Positions 41,046 through 64,000 of a stretch of 64,000 nucleotides of DNA are shown piece after piece. The stretch is from Hemiscyllium ocellatum. Lineage: Eukaryota. Both the position numbers and the translations under genes were made by a program. The notes under the pieces were generated by a model that was not told the DNA's origin, searched no databases, and saw only the letters and a program-made list of their open reading frames with translations. Location of the stretch: contig NC_083426.1 of the NCBI RefSeq assembly GCF_020745735.1, positions 14,632,001 through 14,696,000 of the forward strand, written 5' to 3'. Each line of letters opens with the position of its first letter. Position 1 is the first letter of the stretch.

Positions 41046-42784
41046 AGTTGAATCCTGCCTGGATTGCTGTGCTTTGCTCTGCTACATTCTCTCAAAAGGT
41101 GATATTTCTCCACCTCAATGTCCTCATCTCTTCAGTGAACTGCCATCATTCTCCCAGCTCATAAGAGTCCATCACATTCCCTTATTGCCTGCTCCAATTA
41201 TGCACAGCACAGCATCTAACATTCTATAGAACACCCTGTCAGTCGTATACTACAAGGTCACCCCAAACAGACACAACCTTACCTTCCAGAGTCCAACTCT
41301 CACCTGCTCCACTATTGCACTGGACAGAGATTGGGCTGCATTGTATCCAACCTCAACCTCAGGATTGGAGTCATCAACCATGGTTGCAGAGAGTATCTCT
41401 CGTGTCCCAGCAGCCATCCTTGTAAGGCATAGAATTATAGAATCCATGCAGTGTGGTAAGAGGCCATTTGACCCCCAGGTCTACACTGATCCTCTAAAGA
41501 GCACCCCACCCTAACCCTGTAACCCTGCATTTGCCATGGCTAACCCACCTAGCCTGCACATCCTTGGACTCTATGCACAATTTTGCAGGCCAATGCACCT
41601 AACCTGCACATCTTTGGACAGTGGGAAGAAACCGGAGCACCTGGAGGAACCCCACAAAGGCAGGAGGACAACATAGAATCTCCACACAGTCACCCAAGGT
41701 TGGAATCGAACCCAGATCCCTGGCACCGTGAGCAAGCAGTGCTAACCACTGAGTGAGCGTGCCACCCCATGAGGGTCTGAGTAGTTTTATGGAAACAGCC
41801 AGTAGCATTAACGTTTGCCGCAGCTGTCACCTTTAGAAACACCGAAATAAGGTGGCCACCTACCCCTTCCATGTCGCTGGCCATGATCCAACAGTTGGAA
41901 TGGTTCTGTGACAGTGTTTTGGGATCCCCTCAGCCTGAGATGACACTGCACTTCACACATCCAGAGGAAATGGCATTAAGAACTAAAGACTCTGGGCCTC
42001 CTGTACCTCCTGCACATCCTGAGGGGAGCTTCAGCAGTGGCCTCTTCCTGTGGAAGCTGTTCAGCAACTGCTAGAAGTTACTGCTGCTCCCAGACTTGCT
42101 GGAACATCTGTGCTCTCCGTCCATTTGTCTCTGCCCTTGTTACATTGCAGCCACACCAACAACAGCCCCTGCTGTAGTTTGCAGTGCACCAGTGAGGAGA
42201 TTATCTGAAAGAAAACTGGTCATTTGCAATGTGAGCAGTCACCATTCCCATCACTCACAAATGACAGTTTAACATCGTTCTCCATACAATGGGACATGGA
42301 TCACTCCAACAAGAAAGACCATGGGATGCCTCTGCATGGATGTTTGATGAAGGACTTTATTCCAATGAATGCAGAACCAGTCAGGATCATGTTAGGAGAA
42401 TGAGGACCCAGACCTTCTCCTCACAGTCCCAAACCACCCAGGAAGACATAGTACACTTAAAGTTCAAGGTGAGAGGAAATCAGTTCCACACTTTAGTGTA
42501 CCTGAGGAAATCTTATATTATCTTTGTGATTTGTGGCCCACAGATTTTCAAGATTCCATCTGGTTCACAGAGATGACTATCTTCAATCTGCAGAGGTCAA
42601 GTTTGCTTGAGACCAGGATTTGCACCCCGCACAGTTGGACAATCCACGCACTTCACATACACAATATTGAGATAGCAGATGGCCTCAACTTGCACTGTGG
42701 CTATTTCTGATGATGCAATTGCCCTTGAAGGAATTTACAGAACTCACAGGTCAGGCCCATGTGCTCCATCAGAAGCGAATAATG

Positions 42785-43145
42785 TGGAACTTGAGAGATT
42801 GCAATTTTCCAGCTTGAACACCATTGGACTGAAACTGATTTGAAATTTATTTATTGTTACATTATTAGTGATAAGGCATTAATTGCAGAACACCAAATAA
42901 GCTTTGCTTTAAATCCAAACTTTCGCAATTGACTATGACTGAAGTCAATGAGTGCCCTTAATTAATGAGAGATTACATTTGAGATAAAACAATCATGACT
43001 ACATTAATATTTACTTCTCATATTGAATGATCGTATCGGAGGCCTCGTGACAATGGAGCAGTTTGATTACAGTCAGTATAAACGTCGCTGCTCAGGCACA
43101 ACACTTCAGATTCTGACGAGTCTCTGAACCAACCCAACTGGCACC
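42785..43145 (+). promoter_or_regulatory. Proximal promoter of pepsinogen copy 3
   Basis: TATAAA at 43077-43082; AGATAA at 42982-42987; ACAATGG (Sox-like) at 43050-43056; TGATAA at 42869-42874. Confidence 0.75.
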
Positions 43146-52683
<9,538 letters not shown>

Positions 52684-53222
52684 TTCCTTCGTTTACGTTC
52701 TCATTAAAAACTCACCCTGATCGGTATTTCCGGGTTGATGTTCAGTGATCACGTAGTACCCCAGCACTGCAGTTGTCACATGGCTGCACAGTAAAGTCTT
52801 CATTTCTTGAATGACTATGAGTAAAGGTATACCATTGGCAATAGCCTGTGGACTGTGCTCAGCAGTGCTCCACATTAACTTATAACAAATGAATGTGATT
52901 AATTCCCTTGTCAAGGTGGGTTTTTAAAGAAACAGATTAAGGACACTGGATCTGGATTGGAAATGAGAACATTGAGACAGTCTAACTATTCCCACACTTT
53001 GATTGTGTAGCACTTTTACTTGGTTCATTCTTGGTTCTGACATTCGCTGTGATAAACTCATGGAGCTGTGATACTCTCCAGAGACGTGCAGGTTTCTGTT
53101 GAAGATAGACGTTGTCTGCAGTGAAATTTGAGTTGGTGTAAATGTGATCCTAACATCACACAGCTGCCTTTTCTATTCTCTGGAATCTTCTCATTACAAT
53201 ACCTTCTAAAACGATACAATAT

Positions 53223-53228
53223 AATAAA
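53223..53228 (+). terminator. Probable polyadenylation signal of copy 3 (equivalents on minus: 1234-1239, 22587-22592, 63167-63172)
   Basis: AATAAA ~540 nt after the stop, followed by T/GT-rich sequence; conserved in all four copies; high similarity of copy 1 to the others decays shortly after it. Confidence 0.6.
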
Positions 53229-56200
53229 ATCATGAAATGCAATTGCTCAGTTTTCTGTCTCTTATTCCTTTTATGTCTGTGTGCACAGGCATCAGAGTTC
53301 ATTTCACATTTGAGTTGTTTGCTGTAATGATTGATTCATTTCATAGCTGATCAGATGCCAGTAGAAATTTTGTCAGTCCTGGGAGACGGTCTTGTTAATG
53401 ACTGTGAACAGAAAGTTGGATGGGTGAGCACTAGTTCTGATTCCATTTATGTTTCAGAATAATTTCATTGCAAATTCCCAATCTTTCAAGCTGGCACTCA
53501 CAGTTCCACTTCAGGCTAACTTTTAGTGAACCCTGGTTTAGAAATTCTAAGATGGCCAGCAACACTCCCCAGATTTCTGTGCAGAACTCACCCTATGTTT
53601 TCAGATCACCACTCACTGTCTCCTGAAAGCAGGTTAACCACTTACTTTTGAGAATGTACATTTCCTGTTTCACAATGCCAATATCAATTTAGGATTTCCG
53701 AGAGAGGATCTGAGGCATCGAAGGGCAGGACAAGTAACAGCCAGACTGATTGAATATGCTGATTAAAGAAGAGACAGGGACAATAATGGAGGAAGTAAAA
53801 AGTTGCCAATGTAACTCTATTCTACAAAAATGAGTGAAATACAAAAATAAATTTGGAAGATGTAGGTTTAAAAAGAATCATAATTATGACAGTGGAGACT
53901 TTTAAAATATTTGAATAGAATTCTACACATTTTAAATGCTGCTCTGTACGATTGTAGTTCCGCATTTGTAGAATCAAGTTTTCAGAGCCAGAGATGTTGA
54001 TCAATCAGAATGTAAGGAATAGAAACAGGAATAGAATTCCTGAGTTTGTTCAGCCTGCTCTGCTTTCTATAAGATCATGGCTATCTTTATTATGGCCTTA
54101 TTTCCACTTCCCTGCCTGCTCCTGATAATATTTGACTCCCTTGTAAATCTAAAATCTATTGAACAATTTCACAAATCCAAGTGACATTGCTGTCTGGGAT
54201 AGAGAATTGCACACATTAACAACCCTCTCTGGGAGAATACTTCTCCTCGTATCTATCTTAAATGGGAGATCTTTTACTCTGAATCTGTGCCTCTTGGTTG
54301 TATGTTACCCTATGAAGGGAGTCATAATCTCAGCATCTAAGGTCTTTGTTGTATCCCTTCTAAAGCCTCAATATCTCTCATTATCTGAGGCACTTAAAAA
54401 AGAGGACACAATGATCTAACTGAGCTTAAACTAGGGTGTTTTATTTTTAAAATGACAAAATAGTATTCAGTTGTTAAAAGTGCATTATTAACAGTGTTTC
54501 TCCACAGAGGTTTCCAAAATGTTTCATTTACCACAGCTTCACAGCAGGGATTTGAACCTGTTATGGTTCCAGCTCTTGTTATTACTGGGCAAGCCCGATC
54601 CCAGACTCAAACCTGGTTTGATACATCATATATTGTTTCTTTTCATTTTAATGAGGTGTTCCGACACTGAAACATAAGCACGCGATGTTACAGAGTGTGC
54701 TGTAACAACAAAAGAAAAACTTGTTAACCAAGAGAAATGAAGATAAAATACAATAATCCAAACTATTTACAGATTCAACATTTTCAAACAAATAGCAAAT
54801 CTTTTCATCCCAGGACACTAATTTAAAAATTCTAAACAAAACCAGCATCCCTAGTATCGTATCCGAAAGCACTCCTTATACAGCAGTCAAACCAGAGAAA
54901 GGAAATATTTTCCTAACACCTCAGTAGGCTTACATAACTTACAGAATGCTGTCAGCTTCTTCCTGGAGCAATCATTCTTCTGATCTTAAATGTACGGAGA
55001 TTCAAATATCCTCTTCGTTTTTTTTAATCCCAGTGCTTCTCATTTGTTCTGTCACTAACTCTGTACTCACAAGTCAGCTTGTAATGGGATATTCTTCCCT
55101 TCACAGACAAACTGCTCTGTACATCTATACACTTCTCTGCACTGCCAAAAACAAAGCAAAGCTCTGAGCTATGTGTGCTCCCTCTAATGTTATAAAGAAA
55201 CTAAACCTGGAAATTTCTAACAGACCTTAAAGTCGACCTTACCAAATTGTAAAACAGACTAAAGGAACAGAATACCCACTAATGCTGCAAAGGTCGCTTG
55301 CACAAACTGTCTTAAAGAGAAACCACATCGTTACAGAAATACTTTAAAAAGTTCATTATTAACTCAGACATGCAGAAGACCCATGAGTCACAAACCAAAT
55401 TTAAAATAAATTATATACAAATATTTTAATCATGTAGTTTATATCACAAAAAGATAAAAACACATTAACATAAGAAATCAGAGCCGGAGTAGGCCATCCG
55501 GCCCATCAAGCTTGCTCTGCCATTCAATAAAATCACGGCTGATCTTTTCATGGACTCAGCACCACTTACCCGTTTGCTAAGGGGTTGCTTACCCCTTAGT
55601 TCCATTCAAAAATCTATCCATCTTTGCCTGAAAAATATTTTGACAGCTTGACAGACTTGTGAATTTGCAGGTGAGGTATACAGTGACATTACAGTGAGAG
55701 CAGTATAATGTAGATGCTTTGAACAAGTGTAATTGAGGACAGAGATGGCCACTACATGGTCAACATTTATATCATGCAGATTTGTTTGAAGAAACTCCTT
55801 GAAGTCTAGTCTGAATCTAAAGAAAGAGACAAACTCATAGCAAAACAACAGAGGGTGATAAATGACCCAACAACCCTAGAAAAGATTTGGAACCACATGA
55901 ATAAATGATAATCATCCAGAATTGTGGAGTAGGTACCTGATCTTCTGAAAATAGAAAGAACTACAGAGGTTGGAAATCAGAAACAATTATTGTTGGAAAA
56001 GATCAGCTAGTCTGGCAGCAGATTCTGAGAAAGTGTCTGTGTGCAAATGTTAAACCTGATCTTTTAATTTGAGAGAAATTGTGTTTATTACTTTAAGTGT
56101 ATTACTGTTTTAAGATAGCATAGACAAGCAGTCAGCAGCTGAAATGGGATTGTTGATAGAATGAGGCTACAACAGTTGTGGAAACAGCAACTAGCAACTG

Positions 56201-57601
56201 CTGCACTCCAAAGGCAAATCATCATTGAAAACGAGGTTAGAAGCACCAGGGCATGAACATGAGCAGGAAAAGAGAGAAAAGCCAGAAACACTTCAAAAAT
56301 ACAGAGGCTGTCGGAAAGGAAACTCTGTGAAGAGCAACTGAAGATTGCGAGAAGTCATGTTAGAGAACCTCAAGTGAGAAAGGAATAGTTTTATGAAAAG
56401 CAATGCAAATATCTGAGGGGGAAGACAAAGGTGTGTAAAGGGGATTTCTTACGCCTGGCAGGGAGCATCACCAGCGTTGATATCTGATGTCATGAGATGC
56501 AGCTACAAAGAAAAGTGAAAGGAATAGAAAATAAATTTTGACAGCACGACAGACTTGGGAGGTTCTTGAGTTTAACTTAAACTGAATATTAGCAAATTAA
56601 GCAAAAGCCTGTTGAAAACTAATACCAGAAGCTGAAAAACGAGGAAAACTTAAAGTTTTAAAAGGATAGTAATCAATGATTTGCTTGCCATTTTTGTTGG
56701 AAGATTTGTAAAGGCTGCAGTCGGAGAATTTAATCTCACAATTCGTCTCAAAGAAAGTGCTTGGTGCTTTACATTGAGGGAAAACATTCATTTTACCCAG
56801 GAGTAAGCTAGAAAATGTCACCTTGTCTGAAGAAGTTGGGAATATTGTTAGACAGCAGTGCTAACCACCGTGTCATTAACAATATCTCTGGTAAGGAAAC
56901 CACTCTAAATTCAGACGTAAGCACTGAAGTATTTGCGTTCACCCATTTCATTCAAAACTTCATGAAGGAGAGATGAACGCCTTCATTATTTCTTTCAAAC
57001 AGCACAGCAGTTAACGTGGTCAATCTAACACAATGCACACGGCTGTGGGAGATTAGACTGACAGGAACAACTCATAAGGTTTCCACCTCAAAGACTGTGC
57101 TGCAGAGGGTGTTATTTTAAGTGAATATCAGTTTGTGCTAAAACATACTAGTAATTTTAACACCCTGAGGAAATGGTCTGACCAGGCACGTTTGGAATTC
57201 CTAGTTAGCTGGGCAGCAGGGATTAGCAGAGGACAGGCAGGCAGCCATTCCAGATGACAGTTATGAGTTAACACAGCCTCAGGCAGACTAGGGTCTGGAA
57301 ACATTTATAGATCAGACATCCTGGAAAAGTAAGTACTGTTGAGAAATAGTGGAGAAGGAAGGGAAGCCAGGTAGAGAAAACACACTGTCTCCACCATTAA
57401 AAGAAGGGACCCAGCCAAGTGACAGGTGGGAAACCACTTAAAGTGTTTTCAGTGGAGGAAGTCAGGCAATGTAAAATAAAATTCGTGGGTCAGGCATCCC
57501 ACAGAAACTTAAGCTGTGAGACCAATGCCTGTATTATTAAAGGTGACCAGTGACTCCTCAGGTATGACTGTTAATCAGGTTAACTGTGTTGTGTGAGAAA
57601 C

Positions 57602-58070
57602 ATAGTCATAGGGATATACAGCACAGAAATACATCCTTCGGTCCAACTTGTCCATGTCAAATAGATTTTCTAAATTAATCTCACCCCATTTGCCAACATT
57701 GGGACCATATCCCTCTTCTCCCATCCTGTACATTTAAATGTTGTAAATGTGTCAGCTTCCACCACCTCCTCTGACAGCTCGTTCAATGCACACACCTCTC
57801 TCTGCATGGAAAAGTTGTCCCTTAGCTCGCTTTCAAATCTTTCCCCACTAATATTAAATCTATTCCCTCCAGTTTTGGACTATCATACCGAGGGAAAAGG
57901 CCTTGGCTCTTCACCCTATTCATGCTTCTGATGATTTTATAAACTTCTATAAAGTCACCCCTCAGCCTCTGATACTTCAGGGAAAAAAATGTCCCAGCCA
58001 ATTTTACCTCTCCCTACACTGAAACCCTCCAACTCCTGCAACATCTTTGTCAATCTTTTCTGAATTCTTG
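57602..58070 (-). mobile_element. CR1/HER1 LINE 3' fragment
   Basis: Reverse-complement CR1 tail and RT C-terminus, decayed. Confidence 0.78.
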
Positions 58071-58305
58071 GTGTGATCTAAACCTGACACTTTGAGACTT
58101 AGGGCACAGTTATTACAGATTTCATTTAAGTATTTGCTGAAGACGCACTTAGTTAAATGTTTATCAAGTTCTCTCCTTCAAACACAATCAACACAATAAC
58201 TTATCTGTGCTGCATAAGAGTCATATCAGACTCAAAACATTAACTTTGTTTCTCTCTCCACAGATGCTGCCAGACCGGCTGACTTTTTCCAGCATTTTCT
58301 GTTTG

Positions 58306-59272
58306 TTTCAGCTATTCAGTATCTGCAGTATTTTATTATGATCATTTATAGCCTTACTTTTCACATTTCTTTACAATATTTTGATAATTCACTTGCCATT
58401 GACTATCTTAGTGCCTATCACTAAAGAAAACTATGTCAGTTCTGCAGATGGCCCTATCATGTTCTCATTAACATTATGAATCAATGTGATATGACTCATT
58501 GGGATAGTGAGCTGGAAACCAAGCCTCACTATTACCAGAGTCATTACAAAAGTAAAAAGATTTAAAATCAAACTATCCAATGTTTCCAATTGACTTACAG
58601 ATTAATGCAGGTTAAAAAAACAACGCTCATTAGGTTAATGCACTGGAAACGATACTGTGGCTTGAAGAGGTGTATTTTGTCCTAGTTTCTTTTAGAAAGA
58701 GATTGGGGGACAGGGCATGAGCAGTCAATAAAATGATAAACAACTTGTGAATCCTTGTTTCTTTAAAAAAGTTTGAACGATAGAGGCATCCTGAGTGGGT
58801 GTGTTCGAGCTCCTACTGAACCAGAGATTTTAGGTTTAATGTTTAGCCATAAGCAAGGGTTCTTTGCCACTATTGGGGTTGCATGTGAGACAACCTGTAT
58901 TCTGAATTTGCCTGTTGTCAAGGGTGTGTTTATGGGATGTTGCTATCGCGGAATAATTAATTAATAATAGATTTTCTATCCAGTGTTCTGATAAGTTTGC
59001 TCATAGCTTTAAATTATTTTAATGCCTTCTTTCGTTTGTGGCATGCTAACTATAATGTTTGAATAAATTCCGAATTGCATCTGAAACACAGCTCCTCACG
59101 TTTACTTATGAGGTCTTTGTAACATGAGGATGGTCTCACCAGGATCTTGAATTCACATCACATTACAGGTGACCCCACTACACTATACACCCTACACTCT
59201 TACATTCTCACAGACTCACACTCACACAGACTCTCTCTCATGCAGATGCTGTCTCTCAGATACACACACATG

Positions 59273-59314
<42 letters not shown>

Positions 59315-59694
59315 CTTCTCTACCACACACATGCACACATTCTCTCACTCTCTCTGTCCCTCACACATGCATGCACACAATAAGTCTACAACCTGTTCTG
59401 AGCGATTATAGACTTAGCAGCTATTGAGATTTGATCAATACATCACATTAGTTGTGTGACACTTTGATCTATCATTCTAAATTCTTTGCCTTCTGATCCA
59501 GTCCCACTAGCTACTTGATGAAGGAGCTGTGCTCTGAAAGCTTGTACTTCCAAATAAACCTGTTGGACTATAACCTGGTGTTGTGTGATTTTTAACTACT
59601 TTCATTGAATGGTAGAGCCACAGAAGACTCCAGCACAGAATAAAGGTCCTTTGGCCCATCAAGTCTGTTTTGTTCAGAAATAACCACCTGTTGC
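58306..59694 (+). repeat. 1.4-kb direct repeat S, copy 2
   Basis: Colinear with 35074-36473. Confidence 0.9.
59274..59312 (+). repeat. (CA)n microsatellite (shorter paralog 36069-36093)
   Basis: Direct reading. Confidence 0.9.
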
Positions 59695-60992
59695 TTGGGT
59701 TAAACCAAAGAGCTCACAAGTCTGTCGAGCTGTCAAAATTTATTTTCTATTCCTTTCACTTTTCCTTGTAGCTGCATCTCATGACATCAGATATCAACGC
59801 TGGTGATGCTCCCTGCCAGATGTAAGAAATCCCCTTTCCACACCCTTGTCTTCCCCTCAGATATTTGCATTGCTTTTCATAAAACTATTCTTTTCTCACT
59901 TGAAGTTCTCGAACATGACTTCTCGCAATCTTCAGTTGCTCTTTACAGAGTTTCCTTTCCGACAGCCTCTGTATTTTTGAAGCGTTTCTGGCTTTTCTCT
60001 CTTTTCCTGACCTGGTGCTTCTAACCTCGTTTTCAATGAGGATTTGCCTATGGAGTGCAGCAGTTGCTAGTTGCTGTTTCCACAACTGTTGTAGCCTCAT
60101 TCTATCAACAATCCCATTTCAGCTGCTGACTGCTTGTCTATGCTATCTTAAAACAGTAATACACTTAAAGTAATAAACACAATATCTCTCAAATTAAAAA
60201 ATCAGGTTTAACATTTGCACACTGACACTTTCTCAGAATCTGCTGCCAGACTTGCTGATCTTTTCCAGTAATATTTGTTTCTGATTTCCAACAGCTGCAG
60301 TTCTTTCTGTTTTCAGAAGATCAGGTACCTACTCCACAATTCTGGATGAATATCATTTATTCATGTGGTTCCAAACCTTTTCTAGGGTTGTTGGGTCATT
60401 TATCACCCTCTGTTGTTTTGCTATGAGTTTGTCTCTTTCTTTAGATTCAGACTAGACTTCAAGGAATTTCTTCAAACAAATCTGCATGATATAAATGTTG
60501 ACCATGTAGTGGCCATCTCTGTCCTCAATTACACTTGTTCAAAGCATCTACATTATACTGCTCTCACTGTAATGTCACTGTATACCTCATCTGCAAATTC
60601 ACAAGTCTGTCGAGCTTAAAATATTTTTCAGGCAAAGATGGATAGATTTTTGAAAGGAACTAAGGGTTAAGTAAGCAAGTGGGTAAGTGGTGCTGAGTCC
60701 ATGAAAAGATCAGCCGTGATTTTATTGAATGGCAGAGCAAGCTTGATGGGCCGGATGGCCTACTCCTGCTCTAATTTCTTATGTTAATGTGTTTTTATCA
60801 TTTTTGTGATATAAACTACATGATTAAAATATTTGTATATAATTTATTTTAAATTTGGTTTGTGGCTCATGGGTCTTCTGCATGTCTGAGTTAATAATGA
60901 ACTTTTTAAAGTATTTCTGTAAACATGTGGTTTCTCTTTAAGACAGTTTGTGCAAGCTACCTTTGCAGCATTAGTGGGTATTCTGTTCCCTT

Positions 60993-61117
60993 AGTAAAAA
61001 ATGAGGTCTGCAGATGCTGGAGATCACAGCTGAAAATGTGTTGCTGGTTAAAGCACAGCAGGCCAGGCAGCATCTCAGGAATAGAGAATTCGACGTTTCG
61101 AGCATAAGCCCTTCATC
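60993..61117 (-). mobile_element. Short Penelope 3'-end insertion (same subfamily as 34297-34512)
   Basis: TSD attctgttccYtt at 60980-60992 and 61118-61130; begins inside the hammerhead core (gatgaagggcttatgctcgaaacgtcgaat). Confidence 0.88.
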
Positions 61118-63711
61118 ATTCTGTTCCTTTAGCTTGTTTTACAATTTGGAAAGGTCGACTTTAAGGTCTATAAGAAATTTCCAGGTTTAATTTTGTTATA
61201 ACATTAGAGGAAGCACACATAGCTCAGAGCTTTGCTTTGTTTTTTGCAGTGCAGTGAAGTGTATAGATGTACAGAACAGTTTGTCTGTGAAGGGAAGAAT
61301 ATCCCATAACAAGCTGACTTGTGAGTACAGAGTTAGTGACAGACCAAACCAGAAGCACTGGGATTTTAAAAAAATTGAAGAGGATATTTGAATCTCCGTA
61401 CATTTAAGATCAGAAGAATGATTGCTCCAGGAAGAAGCTGACAGCATTCTGTAAGTTATGTAAGCCTACTGAGGTGTTAGGAAAATATTTCCTTTCTCTG
61501 GTTTGGCTGCTGTATAAGGAGTGCTTTCGGATACTATACCAGGGATGCTGGTTTTGTTTAGAATTTGTAAATTAGTGTTCTGGGATTAATAGATTTGCTG
61601 TTTGTTTGAAAATGTTTGAAAATGTAAATAGTTTGGATTATTGTATTTTATCTTCATTTCTCTTGGTTGACAAGCTTTTCTTTTGTTGTTACAGCACACT
61701 CTGTAACATCGCGTGCTTATGTTTCAGTGTCGGAACACCTCATTAAAATGAAAAGAAACAATATATGATGTATCAAACCAGGTTTGAGTCCGGGATTGGG
61801 CTTGTCCAGTAATAACAAGAGCTGGAACCATAACAGGTTCAAAACCCTGCTGTGAAGCTGTGGTAAACGAAACACTTTGGAAACCTCTAGGGAAATACAC
61901 TGTTAATAATGCACTTTTAACAACAGAATACTATTTTGTCCTTGTAAACTAAAACACCCTAGTTTAAGCTCAGTTAGATCATTGTGTCCTTTTTTTTAAG
62001 TGCCTCAGATGATGAGAGACATTGAGTCTTCAGAAGGGGTACAGCCAAGACCTTAGATGCTGAGATTATGATTCCCTTCATAGGGTAACATACAACCAAG
62101 AGGCACAGTTTCAGAGTAAAAGATCTCCCATTTAAAATGGATGAGAGGAGAAGTATTCTCTCGGAGAGGGTTGTTAATGTGTGGAATTCTCTATCCCAGA
62201 CAGCAACGTCACTTGGATTCATGAAATTGTTCAACAGGTTTTTGATCTACAAGGGAGTCAAATATTATCAGGAGCAGGCAGGGAAGTGGAAATGGGGTCA
62301 TAGTAAAGTTAGCCATGATCTTATAGAAAGCAGAGCGGGACTTAACAAACTCAGAAATTCTATTCCTGTTTCTATTCCTTACATTCTGATTGATCAACAT
62401 CTCTGGCTCTGAAAAATTGATTCTACAAATGCGGAACTACAATCGTACAGAACAGCAGTTAAAATGTGTAGAATTCTATTCAAATATTTTAAAAGTCTCC
62501 ACTATGATAATTATGATTCTTTCTTAGCTTGCGTCTTCCAAATTTATTTTTGTATTTCACTCATTGATGTAGAATAGAGTTACATTGGCAACTTTTTACT
62601 TCCTCCATTATTGTCCTTTGTCTCTTCTTCAATCAGCGTATTCAATCAGTCTGGCTGTTACTTGTCCTGCCCTTTGATGCCTCAGATCCTCTATCAGAAA
62701 TCCTAAATTGATATTGGCATTGTGAAACAGGAAATGTACATTCTCAAAAGTAAGTGGTTAACCTTTTTTCGGGAGACAGTGAGTGGTGATCTGAAAACAT
62801 AGGGTGAGTTCTGCACAGAAATCTGGGGACCGTTGCTGGCCATCTTAGAATTTCTAAACCAGGGTTCACTAAAAGTTAGCCTGAAGTGGAACTGTGAGTG
62901 CCAGCTTGAAAGATTGGGAATTTGCAATGAAATTATTCTGAGACATAAATGGAATCAGAACTAGTCCTCATCCGTCCAACTTTCTGTGCACAATCATTAA
63001 CAAGACTGTCTCCGAGGATTGACAAAATTTCTACTGGCATGTGATAAACTATGAAATGAATCAATCATTACAGCAAACAACTCAAATGTGAAATGAACTC
63101 TGATGCCTGTGCATACAGACATAAAAGGAATAAGAGACAGAAAACTGAGCAATTGCATTTCATGATTTTATTATATTATATCGTTTTAGAAGGTATTGTA
63201 ATGAGAAGATTCCAGAGAATAGAAAAGGCAGCTGTGTGATGTTAGGATCACATTTACACAAACTCAGATTTCACTGCAGACAACGTCTCTCTTCAACAGA
63301 AACCTGCATGTCTCTGGAGAGTATCACAGCTCCATGAGTTTATCACAGCGAATGTCAGAACCAAGAAAGAACCAAGTAAAAGTGCTACACAATCAAAGTG
63401 TGGGAATAGTTAGACTGTCTCAATGTTCTCATTTCCAATCCAGATCCAGTGTCCTTAATCTGTTTCTATAAAAACCCACCTTGACAAGGCATTTAATCAC
63501 ATTCATTTGTTATAAGTTAATGTGGAGCACTGCTGAGCACAGTCCACAGGCTATTGCCAATGGTATACCTTTACTCATACTCATTCAAGAAATGAAGACT
63601 TTACTGTGCAGCCATGTGACAACTGCAGTGCTGGGGTACTATGTGATCACTGAACATCAACCCGGAAATACCAATCAGGGTGTGTTTTTAATGAGAACGT
63701 AAACGAAGGAA

Positions 63712-63879
<168 letters not shown>

Positions 63880-64000
63880 TTAACACTGGCTCATCTCATC
63901 ATCACCTTTAGTGAGCATGACATTATTGAGGAGTATTGAATATATTCAATGCATTCCATTAAATCTTTTGAAATTTTAGGTATATTCTAGCACAGTATAG

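Overview
Vertebrate genomic DNA, very probably from a shark (HE1/V-SINEs with (TCTAA)n tails, HER1/CR1 LINEs, shark-type Penelope elements). The window is a pepsinogen (pepsinogen A-like aspartic protease) gene cluster. It holds three complete, intact 9-exon copies (copy 1 minus 1775-9369; copy 2 minus 23131-31398; copy 3 plus 43146-52683; each 388 aa) and the last exon of a fourth (minus 63712-63858). Copies 2 and 3 sit head-to-head in a ~16.5-17.3 kb inverted segmental duplication; copies 3 and 4 form a second, tail-to-tail inverted repeat. The rest is transposon-derived. Most notable observations: a pair of extra cysteines flanking the active-site-blocking Lys-Tyr of the propeptide; exon-centred gene conversion between copies whose introns are old and diverged; two different Penelope-derived elements inserted independently at the same 13-bp target in paralogous copies; minimal hammerhead ribozyme motifs in several Penelope families, one in sense within a pepsinogen intron; a SINE apparently split by the 17-kb inverted copy; and a conserved distal GATA/E-box block upstream of all three complete genes. 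All coordinates and comparisons were read by eye; no database searches were run.
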